A program made the position numbers and the translations under genes. A stretch of DNA of 64,000 nt, taken from the NCBI GenBank assembly GCA_003246455.1, contig QKAF01000099.1:35669-99668 (forward strand), in the 5' to 3' direction. This stretch comes from Bacteroidota bacterium (GTDB lineage: Bacteria; Bacteroidota; Ignavibacteria; SZUA-365). This document shows, piece after piece, positions 21,152-29,015 of the stretch. The notes under the pieces were generated by a model. The model had not been told where the DNA came from and ran no database searches. It was given only the letters and a program-made list of their open reading frames with translations. Numbering within the stretch: the first letter of the stretch is position 1; every line of letters begins with the position of its first letter.

Positions 21152-22103
21152 GAAACTCATGTATTCGCTGGCCTTCGGCGCGCTGGTGTTCATCGCGCTG
21201 ACGATCTATGCGGATCTCGACAACCTGATCGCAGCCTTCGCGCAGTTTGACTGGATCTGGGCTCCGGTCATTCTCGCGTGCACGACGACCAATTATCTGT
21301 TTCGCTATCTGAAGTGGGATTTCTACACCGCCACGCTGAATATCCGGCCTAAGACATCGGAAAACCTTATTATTTTCTTTACCGCCTTCACGATGGCCGT
21401 CACGCCGGGGAAGTTCGGTGAGGTGCTCAAGTCCTACCTGCTGAAGAAAGTGAACGGGACACCGATCAGCCGTTCCGCCCCGATCATCATCGCCGAACGT
21501 CTGACGGATTTCATCGGCCTCGTGCTCCTGCTCATCGTCGGCGCGTACATGTTCGACATCAGCCGGATGGCGGTGATCGCCTTCGCGGTGTTCTTCGCAC
21601 TCGTGACCGCGCTGCTCGCATGGCGCCGCGGGTCCATCGCCCTGATTACTTTTTTCGGGCGTCTGCCCTTCCTCGCACGTTTCGTCGAGCACGCGCACAG
21701 CGCGTACGACAGCATGCATGTGATGCTGCGGCCGCGACCCTTTTTCATTGCCGTAGCGCTGAGCGTGGTTTCGTGGTTCTTCGAGTGCCTGGGATACTGG
21801 ATCATCCTTCACGTGTTCGAAGCCCCGCCGACGGTATTCAAAGCGACATTCATCTACGCGTTTTCCACGGTGGTCGGAGCAGTATCGATGCTGCCGGGCG
21901 GACTCGGCACCACGGAAGGAAGCCTGACCGGCCTCGCGCAGCTCGCCGGGGTGACGAAAGACATGGCGGTTGCCTCCACCTTCATCATTCGCAGCGCGAC
22001 ACTCTGGTTCGCGGTGCTCCTGGGCATCGTGGTGACCCTCCTCTTTCAGAATCGGCTGCATGTCAAGCTTGATGAGATAAGCCTGGAGGACGTTGAGAAG
22101 TAG
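21132..22103 (+). CDS. Flippase-like / lysyl-phosphatidylglycerol-synthase transmembrane-domain family protein (UPF0104)
   Basis: About eight TM segments and the conserved LPGGLGTTEGSL motif near the C-terminus. The start is ATG 21132 or 21159. Confidence 0.55.
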   Translation: MGSNWRRKLMYSLAFGALVFIALTIYADLDNLIAAFAQFDWIWAPVILACTTTNYLFRYLKWDFYTATLNIRPKTSENLIIFFTAFTMAVTPGKFGEVLKSYLLKKVNGTPISRSAPIIIAERLTDFIGLVLLLIVGAYMFDISRMAVIAFAVFFALVTALLAWRRGSIALITFFGRLPFLARFVEHAHSAYDSMHVMLRPRPFFIAVALSVVSWFFECLGYWIILHVFEAPPTVFKATFIYAFSTVVGAVSMLPGGLGTTEGSLTGLAQLAGVTKDMAVASTFIIRSATLWFAVLLGIVVTLLFQNRLHVKLDEISLEDVEK

Positions 22104-22134
22104 TCTGCAGGGAGCAGAAACCCGGAATCTCTCA

Positions 22135-22203
22135 GGAGGATGACCCTTCAGGGTCGTCCTCGGGAATTCAGCATACACGGACGAGCCTGAAGGCTCATCC
22201 TCC
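22135..22203. repeat. 25-bp inverted repeat (23/25 matches) whose arms are each themselves hairpins; likely terminator or REP-like element
   Basis: The arm GGAGGATGACCCTTCAGGGTCGTCC (22135-22159) matches the reverse complement of 22179-22203. The two differences are compensatory within each arm's own stem. Confidence 0.8.
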
Positions 22204-22233
22204 CTTTCCAAACGTTCAGGGAGAACGTCACAT

Positions 22234-24267
22234 ATGTTTCGTATTACGACCGGATGCGCCGCGCTGCTCTGCGCGGCGTGCATCGTGCTTTCGCCGCCGA
22301 TGCGTGCGCAGGGGACCGCGGCGGCGGCCGCAGGCGGTAACAGCCTCGCGGAGAATCCCTTTGTCGAAAAGCTGCTGCATGAAGGAACGGAGGGCGAGCA
22401 GTCCGCCCTGCTCGCACGCTTCGAGGAATGGCAGCAGCAGCCCGTGCCTCTCGCCACGGCTCCTCTGTCCGCATTGTACGCTCTCCCCTTTCTGACGCGC
22501 ACGGAAGCGCGCCGGATCCGCAGGCTTGCGCGGGACGCCGGAGCGGGGCCGAACCCGGCGGCGACATGGCGCCGTATCGATTCCGTGCTCTCGGGCGACC
22601 CCGACCGCATCGAGCTCCTGCACCGCTGTACGCTGCTGCGGCCGGCGCCGGCGGCCGACCACGGCTACACGATCGCACTGCGCAGCCGGCTCCAGCAGGA
22701 GGACCAGCCCCGCGCGGGCTTTCTCGACGGCCGCTACCCCGGTTCCCGCCTGCGTCTGCAGCAGCGTTTCCGCCTGGCGGTCGGCGCGCGGTTCGAGGCG
22801 GCGGTGCTGACGGAAAAGGATCCCGGCGAGACGTCGATCGCGGATCATGTGGCGGGTTTCGCCGCCGTGAAAGACCTGGGACCGATACGCCGCATGGTGC
22901 TGGGGGATTTCGCGATCACGGCGGGACAGGGACTCGTGTTCTGGCAGGCGTTTGGGCTGGCGAAGGGCGGCGAGGCCGTCCGTGTCAGCCGCACTCCCGA
23001 TCTGCTTTCTCCCTACAGTTCCGCCACGGAAGGCTTCGGCGCCCGGGGCGCGGCGGTTCACCTGGGAGCGGAGGCTCTGGATGCCGTCATTTTCTATTCC
23101 CTCCGGAAGCGTGACGCCAGCATCGACGCGGCGACAGGCACGGCCGGAGCATTCAGTATCGACGGGCTCCATCGCAGCGAAAGCGAACAGGCGCGGCGCG
23201 GCAGCGTCGATGAGCGAATGTTCGGCGGACATATCACCGGACGCATTCAAGCCGCGGGGGGAATCCTGGAGCTCGGGTTATCGGGGCAGGCTGCGCGATA
23301 CACCGTCCCTTCTGATCCGCGCACGCCTTTCGGATTTCGCGGCGATGCGGCATGGGCGCTCGGCGCGAATGCCGGCTGGACAGGCGAACGGGTATCCCTT
23401 TTCGGCGAGGCAGCGCTGGCGCACACCCAGGTACCCGCTTTCATCGCCGGCCTTGAAGCGGAACTGACATCCCGCGTATCCGCGGCCATCATTCTCCGCC
23501 GCTACCATGAACGCTTCGTCAGCCTGCAGGGCGCGGCGTTCGGAGAACGCGACGGGGTGCAGAACGAGGAGGGGGCGTATTTCGGACTTCGTCTCCGTCC
23601 GTCGCCGCGGCTGAAAATCAGCCTGTGGGCTGACGTGTACCGGTTTCCCAACCGGACCTACTTCGTCCATGTTCCGTCATCCGGTACGGAAGGGATGTGT
23701 TCGGCCGAATACCAGCTCACCCCCGGTACGGTGCTGCGGCTTCGCGCGGCGCATGTCCGGAAGGATCAGACCGTGGCCTCGGTTGACGATCTGGGCAGGG
23801 ACATCCGTCCGGTTGATCGACGGATACAAAGTTCGCTGCGCATTGAAATCCAGCAGGAGGCACGCAACGGAACGCGCATGCGTCTGCGGGCGGAATACGC
23901 GGCGACGGCGCAGGAGATTTCCCCCGCCGCGGGAAACGGACTTCTGCTCTCCGTGGATCTGCGCGTGAAACCCGTCTCCGCGCTCAGTCTGCTCGGTCGT
24001 CTCACGGCCTACGGAACGGACTCGTACGACGCGCGCCTGTATCAATTCGAGCACGACGTGCGGGGCGTGATGCAAAACGTCGTGATGTACGGTGATGGAC
24101 TGCGCTGCTATCTGCTCGCGCAGTGGACTCCCCTCCCCGGCGTGAATCTCGGCCTGCGCTATGCGCTGACCGTGCAGGACGGTGCCCGGTCAATGAGCAG
24201 CGGTGCGGATGAAATCGCGGGAGATCGCATCGGGAAGGTCAGCCTTCAGCTGGACGCGGAGTGGTAG
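22234..24267 (+). CDS. Putative outer-membrane beta-barrel protein with N-terminal helix-hairpin-helix region
   Basis: Signal peptide MFRITTGCAALLCAACIVLSPPMRAQG and a ComEA-like HhH segment (LSALYALPFLTRTEARRIRRLARDAG). About 500 aa of alternating beta-strand pattern follows, rich in aromatic-Gly turns. Confidence 0.45.
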   Translation: MFRITTGCAALLCAACIVLSPPMRAQGTAAAAAGGNSLAENPFVEKLLHEGTEGEQSALLARFEEWQQQPVPLATAPLSALYALPFLTRTEARRIRRLARDAGAGPNPAATWRRIDSVLSGDPDRIELLHRCTLLRPAPAADHGYTIALRSRLQQEDQPRAGFLDGRYPGSRLRLQQRFRLAVGARFEAAVLTEKDPGETSIADHVAGFAAVKDLGPIRRMVLGDFAITAGQGLVFWQAFGLAKGGEAVRVSRTPDLLSPYSSATEGFGARGAAVHLGAEALDAVIFYSLRKRDASIDAATGTAGAFSIDGLHRSESEQARRGSVDERMFGGHITGRIQAAGGILELGLSGQAARYTVPSDPRTPFGFRGDAAWALGANAGWTGERVSLFGEAALAHTQVPAFIAGLEAELTSRVSAAIILRRYHERFVSLQGAAFGERDGVQNEEGAYFGLRLRPSPRLKISLWADVYRFPNRTYFVHVPSSGTEGMCSAEYQLTPGTVLRLRAAHVRKDQTVASVDDLGRDIRPVDRRIQSSLRIEIQQEARNGTRMRLRAEYAATAQEISPAAGNGLLLSVDLRVKPVSALSLLGRLTAYGTDSYDARLYQFEHDVRGVMQNVVMYGDGLRCYLLAQWTPLPGVNLGLRYALTVQDGARSMSSGADEIAGDRIGKVSLQLDAEW

Positions 24268-24291
24268 ACGGAGGTGAAAAGCGACAGGTCC

Positions 24292-25395
24292 CTACCCCTC
24301 ATCCTCGCTTTCGAGGATCTGAAGGTAATTCCGGTAACGCAGGGGATGAATTTCCTCACGCTCGACCGCTTCCTTGACGGCGCAGTCGGGTTCGTGGGTA
24401 TGCGTGCAGGAGGGGAAGCGGCAGCCGTCGGCAAAGTGCACGAACTCGGGGAAATACGTGTGCAGATCGTCGGCGTCAAACTGGAAGAGACCGAATTCCC
24501 GGATCCCGGGGGTATCGGCGATGAAGCCGCCGTCGGGAAGTTCGTACAGCGTGCTACGCGTCGTGGTGTGCATGCCGCGCTGGCTCTGGTCGCTCAGCTC
24601 CGCGGTCTTCTCGTCGAGCTCCGGAATCAGCAGATTGAGCAGGCTGGTCTTCCCTACCCCGCTGTGTCCGGAGAGCACCGAGAGCTTCTCGTGCAGCAGT
24701 CCCCGCAGCTCATCGAGCCCTTCACCGGTGATGCAGCTCGTGAGCACGACCGTGTAGTCGAGATCGCGGTACATCGCGGCGATCTCCTCCACGAACTCGC
24801 GGTCCTCTTCATCATCCGGCAGATCGATCTTGTTGATGCAGATGTGTGCGTGAAGGCCGCCCATCGCCGCTGCGACGAGGTAGCGGTCGATCAATCCGGG
24901 CCGGAGCATCTCGTCGGTCGCGGCAACCGTGACAATGACCTGATCCACGTTTGCCACCAGCACCTGGGCATATTCCGCGTCGCGGATGGAGGTACGGAGA
25001 AGGAAAGATTCACGCGCGAAGACATGCGTGATGACGCCCTCTTCGTCATCCATGTCCTGGTAGCGGACGATGTCCCCTATTGCGACCAGTGTGGCGTTCT
25101 CGTTTTCGGTCGTGGTGGAACGACGCGGACGGGCCTTCTTGAATGTGTCTCCGTCCTGCAGGAGAATGTCCGGTCCGCCGGTCTGTACGACCAGCGCTTC
25201 GCGTTCTCCTTCCTCGTTTACCAGCTGTCCCAGGCGCGGTGCCCCCAGCTTGCGGTCGACGGTGTCGCCTTCGGTTTCCCCTTCGCCGGCATACTGCCAG
25301 CGCGCGGTGCCTTTCCGCCACTGCTTCTCGATATCCTTGCGCTTGCTGACGCGCCGGTATACCTTGCGGCCGCTGCCACCGCTGCTCCTGCCCAT
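24292..25395 (-). CDS. rsgA: Ribosome small-subunit-dependent GTPase A
   Basis: Circularly permuted GTPase motifs (NKIDL ... GHSGVGKTSLLN ... DTPG) and the C-terminal zinc finger CRFPSCTHTHEPDCAV. It carries a Lys/Arg-rich N-terminal extension of roughly 60 aa. Confidence 0.9.
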   Translation of the reverse strand: MGRSSGGSGRKVYRRVSKRKDIEKQWRKGTARWQYAGEGETEGDTVDRKLGAPRLGQLVNEEGEREALVVQTGGPDILLQDGDTFKKARPRRSTTTENENATLVAIGDIVRYQDMDDEEGVITHVFARESFLLRTSIRDAEYAQVLVANVDQVIVTVAATDEMLRPGLIDRYLVAAAMGGLHAHICINKIDLPDDEEDREFVEEIAAMYRDLDYTVVLTSCITGEGLDELRGLLHEKLSVLSGHSGVGKTSLLNLLIPELDEKTAELSDQSQRGMHTTTRSTLYELPDGGFIADTPGIREFGLFQFDADDLHTYFPEFVHFADGCRFPSCTHTHEPDCAVKEAVEREEIHPLRYRNYLQILESEDEG

Positions 25396-25396
25396 G

Positions 25397-26737
25397 CTAC
25401 TTCCCGCTGTCCCCGGGTTCAGACAGTGAGAACGTCTTGCACCACGCAGTCAGATCGTCGATGAGGGATTCCACCACGTATCCTTCCAGCTGATAGTTCC
25501 AGGGACCCGGGGTCGCGTCCGTCCGGATGAAGAGGTGGTAGCAGTCTTCATAGCTGCGAAATGCGGTGCGGGGCACATCCTTCAGGATATCCTGCCACAT
25601 GATAAAGTCCATCTGCGGCGCCTGGTAGTCCTTGGTCCCGCGGGCGATGAAGATCGGCCGCCCGAGTCCGCGCGCATACGCGTGCTGATCGCGCTTCTGC
25701 AGATCGTAATAGTAGGATGCCGGCATCCCCATCAGCATCTTGGTCTTCATCAGGGAGCCATCCTGGATCTGCTTCACCTTGTCGAGTTCCGCGTTGAGCT
25801 TCATGCTCTCCTGCGCGGAAATCGTGTCCTGCTGCGATGCGATGAAGCGAAGCTGATCCGACACCACGACTTCGAGCGGCCGTGCGATCGGCGCGAGCAT
25901 GGCGACCGCATCCACCGCGGGTGCGTGCGCGGCGATCTCGGGGGCGAGCATTGCGCCGAGACTGTGCCCGATCAGAACGATATGCGTGGTGTCGGTCTCC
26001 GGCTGCTTCGCGAGCAGATCGATCGCCAGCAGCGCGTCATCGATGGTTTCATCCTGGACCGTGGTCTCGTAGCGGCTCATTTTCGCACCATAAAGCTTGG
26101 TCCGCTTCACGTAGCGCAGCACCATGATGCCGCGGCTCGCGAGTCCCCACGCGATGTCGCGAAAGATTTTATTTCCGCCGATGGTCTCATCCCGATCGCT
26201 CGGTCCGGAACCGTGCACCAGCACCGCGGCCGGGAAAGGTCCTTCGCCATTCGGCACCGTGAGGGTGGCTGGCAGCGCATATTCACTGCCGACGGTCAGC
26301 TCGCGCTCGGTGAATGCGGCGGTATCGGCATACGACGGCGGCAGGAAATGATATTCCTTCTTTATCGGATCGAGCCAGAACCCTCCGACGAGATTCAGCG
26401 AATCGACCACGAGGCGAAACGCGAGCGAGTCTTTTTCGAAGTGCACGTTGTGGATGATGCTGGCGTAGCTCCCGTTCGGAACGGCGGCGATGAAACGGTG
26501 CGACTGCACCGGTCCCGCCTTTTTCACCAGGTCCTGCATGAGGCTTTCCCATTTCTCGGGCGAGATCTTTTCCCGCAGCGTCGGATGCGACAGTGCCTCG
26601 AGTCGGTCCCACTGATGGGAAATCAGCGCTTCGATAAACGCCGAGGCCGAGGATTTCTGTGCCGCTGTCTGCGCGAAGACTGAACCGGAAAACAGGACCG
26701 TGAGAAGCAGAGCGGACGGGATCGAAAACAGTCGCAT
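25397..26737 (-). CDS. Secreted alpha/beta hydrolase with N-terminal DUF3887-like domain
   Basis: The ATG at 26735-26737 gives the signal peptide MRLFSIPSALLLTVLFSGSVFAQ. Also present are the VLVHGSGPSDRDE block and the nucleophile elbow LIGHSLGA. Confidence 0.7.
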   Translation of the reverse strand: MRLFSIPSALLLTVLFSGSVFAQTAAQKSSASAFIEALISHQWDRLEALSHPTLREKISPEKWESLMQDLVKKAGPVQSHRFIAAVPNGSYASIIHNVHFEKDSLAFRLVVDSLNLVGGFWLDPIKKEYHFLPPSYADTAAFTERELTVGSEYALPATLTVPNGEGPFPAAVLVHGSGPSDRDETIGGNKIFRDIAWGLASRGIMVLRYVKRTKLYGAKMSRYETTVQDETIDDALLAIDLLAKQPETDTTHIVLIGHSLGAMLAPEIAAHAPAVDAVAMLAPIARPLEVVVSDQLRFIASQQDTISAQESMKLNAELDKVKQIQDGSLMKTKMLMGMPASYYYDLQKRDQHAYARGLGRPIFIARGTKDYQAPQMDFIMWQDILKDVPRTAFRSYEDCYHLFIRTDATPGPWNYQLEGYVVESLIDDLTAWCKTFSLSEPGDSGK

Positions 26738-26829
26738 GGGAAAACCCTGTGGATCAAATGGTCGGAATGCCGTATTCATGAAAGATACGAAGAAGCGGTA
26801 CGGGTGGAAAGGAAGAAGCAAGGACACCG

Positions 26830-27552
26830 TCACGCGCCGCGCAGATACCGTTCATGCGCCGCGATGCGCTCCGGCGTCCCCAGGTCGGTCCAGTACGCTT
26901 CGGTCACGACGCCGGTCAGGGCATGCCCCCGGGCCATTCCCCTTCGGTACAGATCGAAGATATCATGAAATCCCTCCTCGATTCCGAGCCGGAAAAACTC
27001 TCCCCGTATGGCATGCACGCCGCAGAACCCGCAGCGCTGCACATCGGCCGGCACGCGGAGCCCCTCCTCCGCCCAGGCTTCTTTCCCGAGAAACCGCATC
27101 CCCGCATCGAACAGCAGCGCACGCCGGGTGTCGCGACGGTTGACCAGCAGGGACGCCAGCGGCCGGACACCGCCATCGGCGGAGGCGTCGAGCGCTTCGA
27201 TCAGCGGGGACAGCTGCGCTGCGCTGGCGATGTCGGCATTCCAGAGAAGGAAGATGTCTTCATGCTCCAGCAGGGACGCGGCGTTCAACAGGCCGCCTCC
27301 TGTCCCGAGAATTTCCGCTTCGCGCAGGACGTGTATCGACACCCCGAAATCGTTTGTCCGGAAATACTCCTCCACCTGTCCGGCGAAGTGATGAGTGTTG
27401 ACGACGATTTCATCGCAGCCGGCGCGGAGCAGCGCATCGACGGCGTGACGAATCATCGGCTCCCCGGCGACCGGAACGAGCGCTTTCGGCAGCAGTTCGG
27501 TGTGCGGGGCGAGACGTGTCCCGAATCCGGCGGCGAGAATCATCCCTTTCAC
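26830..27552 (-). CDS. murU: Sugar-1-phosphate nucleotidyltransferase, MurU-like (N-acetylmuramate-1-phosphate uridylyltransferase candidate)
   Basis: MILAAGFGTRLAPHTELLPKALVPV N-terminal signature and a size of ~240 aa. It sits downstream of an AmgK-like kinase. The start is GTG 27550-27552 (overlapping the upstream stop) or ATG 27541-27543. Confidence 0.6.
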   Translation of the reverse strand: MKGMILAAGFGTRLAPHTELLPKALVPVAGEPMIRHAVDALLRAGCDEIVVNTHHFAGQVEEYFRTNDFGVSIHVLREAEILGTGGGLLNAASLLEHEDIFLLWNADIASAAQLSPLIEALDASADGGVRPLASLLVNRRDTRRALLFDAGMRFLGKEAWAEEGLRVPADVQRCGFCGVHAIRGEFFRLGIEEGFHDIFDLYRRGMARGHALTGVVTEAYWTDLGTPERIAAHERYLRGA

Positions 27553-27944
27553 TGCCAGGCCTCCCGCTCGGTATGCGTCACCGTGACGTCATACCCGAGA
27601 TCGCGCAGGGCGGCGGCGGCGCGCTCGGCGCAGAACACCGACCGATGCTGTCCACCGGTGCATCCGAAGCAAACCTGCAGATGTGTGAATCCGCGGTAAT
27701 CATATGCCCGGGCGGTGCGTTCGACAAGGACGATCGCGTGTGCAAGAAATTCCGCGGTTTCCCCGCGCTCCTCGAGAAACGTGCGGACCTCGCGGTCGAG
27801 TCCGCTTTGCTTCGCGTAACGCGCTTCGCGTCCGGGATTGGGCAGCACACGGCAGTCGAAAACGAATCCTCCGCCGTTGCCGCTTCTGTCAGGCGGAATA
27901 CCGGAGCGGTGATATCCGAAGGAAAACACATCGATATGGAGCAT
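27549..27944 (-). CDS. Stand-alone RapZ/YvcJ C-terminal-domain protein (no N-terminal P-loop domain)
   Basis: 131 aa, colinear with the C-terminal half of RapZ: SFGYHRSGIP...FVFDCRVLPNPG...GLD..V..FL...CFGCTGGQHRSV..AE. Confidence 0.8.
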   Translation of the reverse strand: MLHIDVFSFGYHRSGIPPDRSGNGGGFVFDCRVLPNPGREARYAKQSGLDREVRTFLEERGETAEFLAHAIVLVERTARAYDYRGFTHLQVCFGCTGGQHRSVFCAERAAAALRDLGYDVTVTHTEREAWQ

Positions 27945-28999
27945 CAGTCTGTCGCTCCTGGCAGGGACAATGTCGAAGGATCGTCGGCGATATCGAGCAG
28001 CAGGTCCCGGAGTGCCGGGAGGCTCCGCATGATTTCGGCCGCGCGCAGCAGGGCGCTCAACGCCTCGAGACGCGACGGGATCAGGGCGAGGAAGTGGGGC
28101 TTGTTCTTGTTCAGTCCCAGGTTGCCGAAAGCGCCAAGGGCCTGGAGCAGACGCAGAACCGCGAACCCGTGGAACAGGTAGAGGAATTCGCCGCGGTTGA
28201 CCGGCATCCGTTCTTCCAGCATATCGCAGTAGCGGCCGAGGAGGAGTATGCGCTCGGACTCGGGCAGATTTCCCCGCGAATCGTACAGCAGGGCGGCGAC
28301 GTCGTAGTGCAGCGCCCCGCGACGCCCGGACTGAAAATCGATAAACCAGGGTTCTCCGTCACGAATCATGATGTTTCGCGACTGGAAATCGCGGTACAGG
28401 AATCCGCTGCGGTCGGCACGCAGCAGCAGATCGATCAGCGCCCCCGTTTCGCGCGCAAACGAATCCCGATCCCAGGCACGACGCATGAGGCGCTCGAGAA
28501 AATGCTCGCGGAAGTAGGCGATGTCGAAGGCCATGGCTTCGGCACCGAACTCCGGGTACTGATAACAGAGGCTGTAGTCGAGCGTATTCGCAGCGTCCAC
28601 CTGGAAGCGCAGCAGTTCGCCGAGCACCCGTGTATACATGTCGCGGAGGCCCTCCAGGCGCGACTCCGCGGGAAGCGCTTCCTGCCACAGCGCGAGCGTG
28701 GTGTCGCCGAGATCTTCTTCGAGATAACTGCGGCAGTCCTCGCTGACGGCATATACGTCCGGGACGGACAGCCCCGCCGCGCGGAAACTCCGCGCAAATC
28801 CGGTGAATGCCCGGTTCTCCGCGTCGTTCGGCCCGAGAATCCCGATGGAGGTACGCGAGGCGCTTCGCAGCCTGTAGATGCGGCGATCCGAAGCGTCGCC
28901 TTTCATTGCGTCGATAGACACGGCGTCCTCACCGAAGTGCGCGGCGTGCATCGCGGCCAGCGCGCCGGTTCCCTCCGCGTTCAGTGCTGAGACGTTCAT
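27944..28999 (-). CDS. amgK: Aminoglycoside-phosphotransferase-fold sugar kinase, AmgK-like (anomeric MurNAc/GlcNAc kinase candidate)
   Basis: Kinase catalytic loop YRDFQSRNIMI and metal-binding IDFQ motif, as in AmgK-type kinases. ATG at 28997-28999. The stop shares one nucleotide with the next ATG. Confidence 0.6.
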   Translation of the reverse strand: MNVSALNAEGTGALAAMHAAHFGEDAVSIDAMKGDASDRRIYRLRSASRTSIGILGPNDAENRAFTGFARSFRAAGLSVPDVYAVSEDCRSYLEEDLGDTTLALWQEALPAESRLEGLRDMYTRVLGELLRFQVDAANTLDYSLCYQYPEFGAEAMAFDIAYFREHFLERLMRRAWDRDSFARETGALIDLLLRADRSGFLYRDFQSRNIMIRDGEPWFIDFQSGRRGALHYDVAALLYDSRGNLPESERILLLGRYCDMLEERMPVNRGEFLYLFHGFAVLRLLQALGAFGNLGLNKNKPHFLALIPSRLEALSALLRAAEIMRSLPALRDLLLDIADDPSTLSLPGATD

Positions 29000-29015
29000 C
29001 GTCGAATTCCCCGCA

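Noticed and set aside
21105-23250. 501-aa and 340-aa minus-strand ORFs opposite the flippase-like and HhH-barrel genes
   Set aside because: The translations are Arg/Pro/Gly/His-rich with no motifs, and the + strand products show coherent membrane and barrel features.
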